A DNA stretch of 41,279 bases from the NCBI GenBank assembly GCA_902767355.1, contig CACXHG010000145.1:1-41279 (forward strand). Reading direction: 5' to 3'. Origin of the DNA: an uncultured Bacteroidia bacterium (GTDB lineage Bacteria; Bacteroidota; Bacteroidia; Bacteroidales; UBA932). This document shows, piece after piece, positions 19,283-26,349 of the stretch. The position numbers and the translations under genes were made by a program. The notes beneath the pieces were generated by a model. The model was not told the DNA's origin. It searched no databases and saw only the letters and a list, made by a program, of their open reading frames with translations. How positions within the stretch are numbered: position 1 is the first letter of the stretch; each line of letters starts with the position of its first letter.

Positions 19283-21748
19283 TCAGAATTTATAAGTATA
19301 GCTGAAAGATGGGAGTATGGGCAGCACCGTCACCTTCTTGACACCGAGGCCCTCACGCTTTTGAGTGTGGCCTTCGTCCCATTTTGTGATATTTTCCGTA
19401 TAGACAAAATCCGGGTTCATATTGTTGTACACATTATAGATACTTATGTTCCAGATTCTCTCGCCGTGGCGCTTTTGCTTGCGGAAATTGATGCCCAGAT
19501 TCAGGGTGTGCGAAGGCGGCAGCCGGTAGTTGCCGCGCGAGGTGACATAAGTCGGTATCTGCGAATAGTATTCCGGAGAAATTACCGCAAACCTACGGGT
19601 GGACAGGGTCGTGACGCCGCCGGTGAAGAACTTCCAGCTGCCGGAGATGTCTATGCGGTTCGAGAACTTGTGATTGACCACCAGGCTTATATCGTGCCGG
19701 CGATCGTATTTGAAGGGGAACCAGGCCCCGCGGTTGATGGTCCCGTCGGGGAAGCAGCGTTCGCTCTTGGCCAGCGTATAGCCCAGCCAGCCGGTGGTGG
19801 CGCCCATAGTCTTCTGCACGAAAAACTCCATTCCGTAGGCGCGGCCACGCCCCATCGCCACCTTGTCTTCCCAGCCGGTGGAGGTAATCAGCACGGACAT
19901 ACCGTCTTTGTACTCCAGCACATTATTCATTGCCTTATAATAGCCTTCCAGCGAGATTTCCCAGCCGCCGGCGCCTTTCCAGTAGGTTCCCAGCGAAACC
20001 TGGTCGGCAATTTCGGGCTTGATGTCGCGGGTGATGGGCACCCAGAGGTCGGTGGGGAGCGATATGTCGGTGGACGAGAGCAGATGCACATATTGCGACA
20101 TACGGGCGTAGGAGGCCTTTATGCTGACCCCGCCGCCGACATCGACCCTGCCCGAGAAGCGCGGCTGCAGGGATGCGTAGGTCTTGCCCTGGGTGTTGAA
20201 GACGCCCAGGTGCAGGCCGGGGTTAAAGGACAGCCTCTGCCCTATCACAAAGTCGTCCTCTACATAGAGGTTAACCTCGTGGCCAGGCAGCGGCTTGCCG
20301 GAGGCCATATTCATGGTGGTGTCTATCCAGGTCTTTTCGCCTTCGGTCTGCTTTTGAGAGAGCGTGGCGGTCTGGGGGCGGAAATTGTGATAGACATATT
20401 CCGCTCCGAACTTGACAAGATGCTCGGGGACAGGATTATAGTCAAAGTCTATCTTGAAGTCGATGTCGTTTATGCCCGAGTCGTAGGTAACTCCCATTAT
20501 CTCCCGCGTCTGTTCTTCCTTCTCTTTATGATAGAGATCGCTTGCAACATCGACGTCCATCTCGTAGTGATTGTAGGCCAGGGTCGTATTGGCAAACAAC
20601 TTGCTGCCGAAGGCGTGGTTCCAGCGCAGGGCCGCCACGGTGTTGCCCCAGTCCAGATTCATTTTGGCGGTTTCCCTGCGGATTACATCTTTGTCGGTGC
20701 CCTTGTAGTTGTCTATCCAGCTTTGTGAGCCGCCCCCATCGCCATAATCGTAGCCATAACCATCATCGGTGCGCATCAGAAAGCGGTCGCGGCCGTGATA
20801 GACGGTGGCAATCAGGCGGTCGCCATTGACAAACCGGTGGGTTATCTTGCCGTTCATGTCGTAGAAATAGTAGTTGGCCGGCACGTCCTTGAGCTTGAGC
20901 AGCGGCGTGAACAGGAAGGTGTGCAGCACGCGGGCGCTTATGCTGTAGGATGTCTGTCCATATACAATCGGGCCCTCCAGATGGAAGCGGTCCGAGAGCA
21001 TTCCCACGCTGACAAGGCCGTGAGTCTCTTTCGCATTGCCGTCGTTGGTGCGCACGTCTATCACCGACGACAGGCGGCCGCCGTAGCGGGCGGGGAAAGA
21101 GCCCTTGAACAGGGTCACCTTCTTGACCGCCTCGGGGGTGAACACCGAGAAGATGCCCAGCATATGACTCACGTTGTAAAGGGGTATGTCGTCCAGCAGA
21201 ATCAAGTTCTCGTCGGGGCCGCCGCCGCGCACATAAATGCCGGAAGTGCCGGTAGTTCCGCCCTGAACGCCCGGCAGATACTGAAGCGACTTGAGCACAT
21301 CCTTCTCCCCGAACAGGGCCGGCATACTCTCCAGTGCATACTCCGGCACCTCCACCGCGCCGGTGTTCGTAGAGTTGATACCTGCCTCCTTACGGGCCGT
21401 TACCACCGCCTCCTTTATGGCGGCCGAAGGGCTGAGGGCGATGTTTATCACCGTGTCGCGCCTCAAGTCTATTGTCTGGGTCTGTTCGGCATAACCTATA
21501 TAAGACCAGGTCAGCGAACGCTCCCCGGCGGGGAGACTCAGGGTATAGAATCCGTAATTGTTGGCCACCGCGCCCACCAGGGGGGCTTTAGGGTCGGGGT
21601 TGTTATACACCACGCCAGCGCCGATGAGCATCTCGCCACTGCCGGCATCGCTGATATAGCCGCTCACCGTGACCTTCTGCGCCTTGGCTGTCAGCGACAC
21701 GAGCGCCGCCACCGCCGTCATCATCATTACTTTCAATATCTTCTTCAT
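19283..21748 (-). CDS. TonB-dependent outer membrane receptor with N-terminal carboxypeptidase-regulatory-like domain
   Basis: I prefer the start MKKILKVMMMTAVAALVSLTAKAQ (ATG 21748). The upstream 48 codons in the track run into a repeated non-coding module. Plug motif (VLKSLQYLPGVQGG..GIYVRGGGPDENLILLDDIPLYN); the barrel ends in an aromatic residue (SYTYKF). Confidence 0.92.
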   Translation of the reverse strand: MKKILKVMMMTAVAALVSLTAKAQKVTVSGYISDAGSGEMLIGAGVVYNNPDPKAPLVGAVANNYGFYTLSLPAGERSLTWSYIGYAEQTQTIDLRRDTVINIALSPSAAIKEAVVTARKEAGINSTNTGAVEVPEYALESMPALFGEKDVLKSLQYLPGVQGGTTGTSGIYVRGGGPDENLILLDDIPLYNVSHMLGIFSVFTPEAVKKVTLFKGSFPARYGGRLSSVIDVRTNDGNAKETHGLVSVGMLSDRFHLEGPIVYGQTSYSISARVLHTFLFTPLLKLKDVPANYYFYDMNGKITHRFVNGDRLIATVYHGRDRFLMRTDDGYGYDYGDGGGSQSWIDNYKGTDKDVIRRETAKMNLDWGNTVAALRWNHAFGSKLFANTTLAYNHYEMDVDVASDLYHKEKEEQTREIMGVTYDSGINDIDFKIDFDYNPVPEHLVKFGAEYVYHNFRPQTATLSQKQTEGEKTWIDTTMNMASGKPLPGHEVNLYVEDDFVIGQRLSFNPGLHLGVFNTQGKTYASLQPRFSGRVDVGGGVSIKASYARMSQYVHLLSSTDISLPTDLWVPITRDIKPEIADQVSLGTYWKGAGGWEISLEGYYKAMNNVLEYKDGMSVLITSTGWEDKVAMGRGRAYGMEFFVQKTMGATTGWLGYTLAKSERCFPDGTINRGAWFPFKYDRRHDISLVVNHKFSNRIDISGSWKFFTGGVTTLSTRRFAVISPEYYSQIPTYVTSRGNYRLPPSHTLNLGINFRKQKRHGERIWNISIYNVYNNMNPDFVYTENITKWDEGHTQKREGLGVKKVTVLPILPSFSYTYKF

Positions 21749-21839
21749 ACTCCTCTCAAATGCAAAAGGGGCGCAAATATAACACCTTCGCACGAAATAG
21801 CTTACCGCCTGCGGCCGTTTTGCTTTCGCGCCGTTTCGC

Positions 21840-22048
21840 CGAACTGTTGCGACTGTTCCCGGAGTCTCTTCCCCGGCCCGCAACACAGTCATCCCCGGCC
21901 CCCCCCTAAATCTCCTTCAACCCGAAAAATGTCGCCTTCAGAGCGAAAAATGTCGGGTTCGCGGTTTTTCGCTTTTTCTCCGGATTATTTGTATATATGT
22001 TTGCGGCCGAGTTTCATTCTGAATATAGTTTTTTAAGAAGACAGAAAT
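21840..22048 (+). repeat. promoter module copy A (upstream of lipoprotein P1)
   Basis: Nearly identical to 27835-28041 (inverted) and to 24184-24350. Contains an inverted repeat TGTTGCG/CGCAACA (21845-21885), a C8 tract (21899-21906), a direct-repeat pair, and a TAtgTTTG -7 box (21996-22003). Confidence 0.9.
21923..21955 (+). promoter_or_regulatory. paired direct repeats CGAAAAATGTCG-N9-CGAAAAATGTCG (candidate LytTR box)
   Basis: Exact 12-mers at 21923-21934 and 21944-21955, a 21-bp period. The proximal repeat ends 40 bp upstream of the -7 box. Confidence 0.6.
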
Positions 22049-22720
22049 ATGAATAGTAGAATCATACAATTATTTGCTGCCATCGGGTGCGTAGCAATCT
22101 TTGCCTCATCATGCATTCCACAATATGAAAAGGTGGAAAATGACCCATATGAGGCCATATACCGCGTCGAAGACATTAATGCTGAGATTATTTTTCATCA
22201 GTTATTTATCCGCCCGCTGATAGGTGAGAAAGATGAAGCTTTCGATGCCGAAAGCAGATCTTTCTACAGCAGTGTGGATACTTCGCTCTGTTTTACGGGG
22301 AAAGTGCCATATACGGCTTTTAACGGAGGTTATCGCCCCGTCTTGTCTGCCGTAGACTGGCGGATTTCGAAGATGGATGTTATTACGCTTGAGGATTTTG
22401 ATGCAGCTCACCCTGCCGGATCATCACTTATGGATCTTTGTGAGCTATGGTATGAATATAAGCATAGCGATATCATCGGCCCTCTCAAAGATGTCTATCT
22501 CAATCCGTTAATGCTCACAGACTACGATCCTTGGAATAAGGGTCACCACGAAATACTTAAAATCGAGTTACATTCTTCTGCAGATAAAATACCACCGAGA
22601 GCAGAGTATCCGCACTATAAGAAACGCGACTATGACAGCAAGGATCTAACGAACTTTCCAGCTGTCGAGGTTCGTATCACCGACTCTTTCGGCCGCGAAT
22701 TCATAAAGCGGGTGGAATAA
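22049..22720 (+). CDS. small lipoprotein P1, unknown function (paralog of 27163-27834)
   Basis: 223 aa; signal peptide with lipobox (IFASSC). Homologous over its full length to the 223-aa product of 27163-27834. I recognise no family. Confidence 0.85.
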   Translation: MNSRIIQLFAAIGCVAIFASSCIPQYEKVENDPYEAIYRVEDINAEIIFHQLFIRPLIGEKDEAFDAESRSFYSSVDTSLCFTGKVPYTAFNGGYRPVLSAVDWRISKMDVITLEDFDAAHPAGSSLMDLCELWYEYKHSDIIGPLKDVYLNPLMLTDYDPWNKGHHEILKIELHSSADKIPPRAEYPHYKKRDYDSKDLTNFPAVEVRITDSFGREFIKRVE

Positions 22721-22741
22721 TAAGCAACAAAAAGTTTATAC

Positions 22742-22778
22742 AGCGGAGCTGGCCTATCGTGGCGGCTCCGCTTTTTTT
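22742..22778 (+). terminator. rho-independent terminator of P1
   Basis: Stem AGCGGAGC (22742-22749) pairs with GCTCCGCT (22765-22772), followed by a T run. The same sequence recurs inverted at 27104-27141. Confidence 0.75.
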
Positions 22779-22813
22779 GCAATATGCTTAACGCCAACGT
22801 GGCGAAGAACTTA

Positions 22814-23158
22814 TCAGGCAAATTGATTTGACATCAAATATTCCTTGAGCATAGGAAGGTCTTTCTTGAGGATCTCCCATATTGTATTCATATCCACATT
22901 GTAGTAGTCGTGGACAAGAATATGCCTTAATCCCGCTATTGCTTCCCAATCAATCTCGGGATGCGCTGCCACGAAGGCCCTTGAGAGCATATAGGAGCCT
23001 TCTCCAATGCACTGAAGATTATAGATGACGGCGTGGCACAATAACTTGTTTGATGTAAAATCTTCGCTGGAGTTCACCCCCGAGAGGAATTCTTCTATGT
23101 TGGCGACAGCTTCTTTCATCAGCTCCAGCCGGGCGGTGTCATTGACTTTATCTCGCAT
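22814..23158 (-). CDS. hepT: HepT-like (DUF86/HEPN) toxin of a HepT-MNT toxin-antitoxin pair
   Basis: 114 aa; Rx4HxY HEPN motif (RHILVHDY). Overlaps the upstream nucleotidyltransferase gene by 11 nt. Confidence 0.85.
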   Translation of the reverse strand: MRDKVNDTARLELMKEAVANIEEFLSGVNSSEDFTSNKLLCHAVIYNLQCIGEGSYMLSRAFVAAHPEIDWEAIAGLRHILVHDYYNVDMNTIWEILKKDLPMLKEYLMSNQFA

Positions 23159-24101
23159 AAATCAGATACTTGTCCCGTTCTGCGGATGGGATTGCGAATG
23201 GCTTGAGTGAACCATTAGTGACAAGGTCAACCTCTCGCCCGATAGAGCGCTCCATATCAAGCTTATATCTTATAATATCCAGCAGCGATACGTGCGCCTG
23301 GCGGTCGTAATCCACAAGCAGATCCAGATCACTTGAATCATTCTCTTCCCCTCGGGCAAAAGAGCCGAATACCCACGCCTTAACCACAGGAGTTGACGAC
23401 AGGAAACCCTGAATTTTTGAGAACATTTCAATTCGGTGCATATCAAGCGAAGACAGGCGATGGTGCAATTCTTCGCAAACGCCGCGCCTTGCCGCATAAC
23501 GGTTCAATTTGTTGCGATTGACAGGATACACTTCCATCATCTTCTGGTAGTGACGTTTAAGATAATCCTCTGACACATTCTTGCGGCAAAGCAGGTCCAC
23601 CAAATCTTTCTCCAATGACGGGAGCACGATGTCTCCTTCTTCAATCAACGGCGCTTCTGTCACTCGCGGGCCAACAATTATGTACCCTTCAATACGTGCC
23701 GGAAATTGTTCTGCAGAATGCTTGTCCACAACTTTGTATCCATGTGAATCAAGACATTCGACTATTCTGGGAATGTCGCCTTTGTAGGTCTCTATATACA
23801 GATTTGCATCCCTTTCACACAGGCAATGGTCAATGCCGATACATTCGTCTATCAGCAAATCGTTAACTTCACGCATCCAAGGTGTGATGTCCGGCAGATA
23901 TTTAGGTTTGTGCACGGGAATATACCTGCCTCGGCCGACCCTGGAAACGCGCCCGGCCAGGCAGAGAGCGCGAATCTTGGAGTACACGGTTGCAGCAGGT
24001 TTGTCGCCGCACACAGACATAAAATCTTCTGTGCACAGCTCCCGGCCTTGCGCAAGCAGACACTCTATTTCGCTTCCTAAGTGCATCGCTTCGTTTTTCA
24101 T
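23148..24101 (-). CDS. MNT-type nucleotidyltransferase antitoxin fused to a long wHTH/AbiEi-like N-terminal region
   Basis: The C-terminus carries the GSx10DxD minimal nucleotidyltransferase motif (GSFARGEENDSSDLDLLVDY). The N-terminal ~230 aa has a wHTH-like segment (ATVYSKIRALCLAGRVSRVGRGRYIP). I prefer the ATG at 24101 (MKNEAMHLG). The track ORF starts 10 codons earlier at a TTG (24131) that lies inside a palindrome. Confidence 0.8.
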   Translation of the reverse strand: MKNEAMHLGSEIECLLAQGRELCTEDFMSVCGDKPAATVYSKIRALCLAGRVSRVGRGRYIPVHKPKYLPDITPWMREVNDLLIDECIGIDHCLCERDANLYIETYKGDIPRIVECLDSHGYKVVDKHSAEQFPARIEGYIIVGPRVTEAPLIEEGDIVLPSLEKDLVDLLCRKNVSEDYLKRHYQKMMEVYPVNRNKLNRYAARRGVCEELHHRLSSLDMHRIEMFSKIQGFLSSTPVVKAWVFGSFARGEENDSSDLDLLVDYDRQAHVSLLDIIRYKLDMERSIGREVDLVTNGSLKPFAIPSAERDKYLIYAR

Positions 24102-24118
24102 TTCGGGTGCAATATATA

Positions 24119-24157
24119 AATAATTCGGCAAAATACAATTATAATTGCCGAATTATT
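24119..24157. promoter_or_regulatory. perfect 13-N13-13 palindrome, candidate operator of the MNT-HepT operon
   Basis: AATAATTCGGCAA (24119-24131) and TTGCCGAATTATT (24145-24157) are exact reverse complements. The element lies 18-56 bp upstream of the ATG at 24101. Confidence 0.5.
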
Positions 24158-24183
24158 AAAACTGGTGCCGTCATTCGCCCCCT

Positions 24184-24365
24184 TTGTTGCGACCGTTCCC
24201 GGAGTCTCTTCCCCGACCCGCAACACAATCATCCCCGAGCCCCCAAAAACACCTTCAATCCGAAAAATGTCGCCTTCAGAGCGAAAAATGTCGGGTTCGC
24301 GGTTTTTCGCTTTTTCTCAGGGTTTTTTGTATATATGTTTGCGGCTAGATTACTAGAACACGGAA
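24184..24365 (+). repeat. promoter module copy B (upstream of lipoprotein P2)
   Basis: Same module as copy A: inverted repeat TGTTGCG/CGCAACA (24185-24225), C5 tract, direct-repeat pair, TAtgTTTG (24334-24341). The 5-prime UTR after about 24346 differs from copies A and C. Confidence 0.9.
24261..24293 (+). promoter_or_regulatory. paired direct repeats CGAAAAATGTCG-N9-CGAAAAATGTCG (candidate LytTR box)
   Basis: Exact 12-mers at 24261-24272 and 24282-24293. The proximal repeat ends 40 bp upstream of the -7 box. Confidence 0.6.
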
Positions 24366-24995
24366 ATGAAAAGGTTCATATTTGTTTTTCTCGCCGCTGT
24401 ACTATGCTCATGTGGGGAACACATTGGTTCTGCCAAGTACTATTCAAAGGACATTATTGGGTGGTACAAGTGCACTGTTGCAGAATGGATGCACCCTATG
24501 GCTATAGATATCAACAACGATGGAGTTGTAGGGCGAGACCTAATGAGTGAAGTAGAGAGCATAACCATGGCCGATATAGCTCTGAAAAGGATACCCGTAA
24601 GGATAACTGATATAAATGGGTTTGATACACCTTCGGACTATATCTACGTGCAAGTCCCTCACCAAGGCCTATTCTACGAGGAATCGTCAGATACTTATAT
24701 ACCTGGGCTAACGACAGATTTCTTTTATTTTTATTTTACGTATTCCATTGACACTAATGGTGATATCCGCATATCTCGACCGGTTGTCGAAGATTTGGGC
24801 CTTAGCTATGTACAGTTGCCGGGAAATAAGGATGTCAATATCAATCAGCTTGGTAATAATGTCCTTGATTATACAATTATTACCACTTTTTATGACTTTA
24901 ATTCGCAGCGCTTTGTGACCGGCCCGGTACATTATCGCTATGAGAGGATATATAGTGATCCATACGAGACTAGTTGGAAGACGCTGGTAAAATAG
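24366..24995 (+). CDS. small lipoprotein P2, unknown function
   Basis: 209 aa; lipoprotein signal (FLAAVLCSC). Unrelated in sequence to P1 and P3. Contains two D-x-N-x-D-G-like loops (DINNDGVVGRD, DTNGDIRIS). Confidence 0.8.
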   Translation: MKRFIFVFLAAVLCSCGEHIGSAKYYSKDIIGWYKCTVAEWMHPMAIDINNDGVVGRDLMSEVESITMADIALKRIPVRITDINGFDTPSDYIYVQVPHQGLFYEESSDTYIPGLTTDFFYFYFTYSIDTNGDIRISRPVVEDLGLSYVQLPGNKDVNINQLGNNVLDYTIITTFYDFNSQRFVTGPVHYRYERIYSDPYETSWKTLVK

Positions 24996-25018
24996 ATGCA
25001 TCCTTACATATTTGCTAA

Positions 25019-25054
25019 CGTGGGGCAGCCCGTTTTGGCAGCCTCACGTTTTTT
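25019..25054 (+). terminator. probable rho-independent terminator of P2
   Basis: Imperfect stem CGTGGGGCAGCC (25019-25030) pairs with GGCAGCCTCACG (25037-25048) at 10 of 12 positions, followed by T6 (25049-25054). Confidence 0.6.
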
Positions 25055-25127
25055 GAATGTTGCTGCTGATGTGACGTTGCCTGAATCTGGCAGTCGATAT
25101 TTCAAGATCCTGCCCGCCGTTTCAACC

Positions 25128-25219
25128 CGAAAAATGTCGCCTTCAGCGCGAAAAATGTTGCCTTCGCGGGGTGCGGAAATCTCCGGGTTTGTACGGGGCT
25201 GACAAAAACGGTATATTTG
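25128..25219 (+). promoter_or_regulatory. promoter of the kinase/regulator operon with its own direct-repeat pair
   Basis: CGAAAAATGTCG (25128-25139) and CGAAAAATGTTG (25149-25160) are 21 bp apart. A consensus -7 box TAtaTTTG (25212-25219) lies 51 bp downstream, and the ATG is at 25240. Confidence 0.6.
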
Positions 25220-25239
25220 TCCGACAGGAGCAGTGCGCA

Positions 25240-26349
25240 ATGGGCATCAACATTTTCAACACATATAAGACCACCAGGCGCGAGATGCACATGCGGCATC
25301 TCGGACTGATAGCCCTGGCCGTGGTTTTCAGCTGGGTGCTGTGGGTTATCGTGGACTATCCGGAGTATTCCACGCTTCACGGTAAAGCTCTGGTGCTGGA
25401 ATTGCTCAAACAGTTCGGCGAACAGCTTGTAGAGACTACGATTCTGCTGGAGATATCCTTGCTGTACATCAAAGGCATCGTCCGCTTTTTCTGGGACAAG
25501 GAGAAGAATCTTAAGAACCTCATTATCCAGGTGATGATTCTGGCAGTGCTCAACGGCTTCTCATCGGTGATGATGGGCCTTCTCTACCGGCAATTATACC
25601 CCGCAAAAGAGCGCATCTTCGCGCAGATAGCCTTTACGGATTATCTTAGTCTCTCAGTGCTGACCACAGCCTATTTGGTCATCTTCCTTATCAACCGCTA
25701 TCGAGACGAGATGGATGCTCACCTTGAGGCGGAGCGCAAACTCAAGGAAGAGGAGAATATCCGCCTGAAAGCGCAATTGAAAAACCTGTCGCTTCAGACC
25801 GACAATCACTTCGTTTTCAATAGCTTGAGTACGCTCGCCAGCCTCATCAAAACATCACCGGAAGATGCGGGCGCCTTTGTGGTTGATTTCTCCAGTATGT
25901 ACAGATATCTGGTTACAAACGGAGCCAGGGACATCGTTTCGCTAAAAGACGAACTCGCGTTTGCGGGCGATTACATTGAGCTGCTAAAGTACCGCTACAG
26001 CGGCGTCAGTGTGATCATAGATGCCTCGCTCTCCGCTATTCACGGCTATGCCAGTCCTGCGGCCATTGAGGGCCTGATAGAGAACGCCGTAAAGCATAAC
26101 CGGCACGGCAAAGATGACACCCTGCGCATTGAGATAAAGAAAGACGGGGACTACATAGTAGTATCCAACAACATTTTACCTATAGCAGGCGAAAGCCGCA
26201 CCACTGGCACCGGACTGGCCACACTCAGGGATAGGTATCTCATGCTGTGCGGCAAGCCGGTGACAGTGTTGAACGACGGTGCAACCTTCACCGTCACACT
26301 TCCGATTATGTATGAGGAGGACCTGAAAGATGAAAGTATTGATTATTGA
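25240..26349 (+). CDS. LytS/YehU-type sensor histidine kinase (His_kinase PF06580-like)
   Basis: I prefer the start MGINIFN (25240), just downstream of the -7 box. About four N-terminal TM helices with short loops, a coiled coil, an H-box (HFVFNSLSTLASLI) and an N-box (IENAVKHN). Confidence 0.88.
   Translation: MGINIFNTYKTTRREMHMRHLGLIALAVVFSWVLWVIVDYPEYSTLHGKALVLELLKQFGEQLVETTILLEISLLYIKGIVRFFWDKEKNLKNLIIQVMILAVLNGFSSVMMGLLYRQLYPAKERIFAQIAFTDYLSLSVLTTAYLVIFLINRYRDEMDAHLEAERKLKEEENIRLKAQLKNLSLQTDNHFVFNSLSTLASLIKTSPEDAGAFVVDFSSMYRYLVTNGARDIVSLKDELAFAGDYIELLKYRYSGVSVIIDASLSAIHGYASPAAIEGLIENAVKHNRHGKDDTLRIEIKKDGDYIVVSNNILPIAGESRTTGTGLATLRDRYLMLCGKPVTVLNDGATFTVTLPIMYEEDLKDESIDY

Noticed and set aside
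21749-21892. A 48-codon in-frame N-terminal extension of the TonB-dependent receptor ORF (MTVLRAGEETPGTVATVRRNG...).
   Set aside because: The extension reads through promoter module A on the opposite strand. The internal start MKKILKVMMMTAVAALVSLTAKAQ gives a proper signal peptide, and a TAtaTTTG-like box (21781-21774, minus) lies just upstream of it.
24129-24131. The TTG start used by the ORF track for the MNT-fusion gene (MPNYLYIAPE...).
   Set aside because: This TTG lies inside the left arm of the perfect palindrome. An ATG 10 codons downstream (24101) leaves the palindrome in a promoter/operator position. The choice remains unverified.
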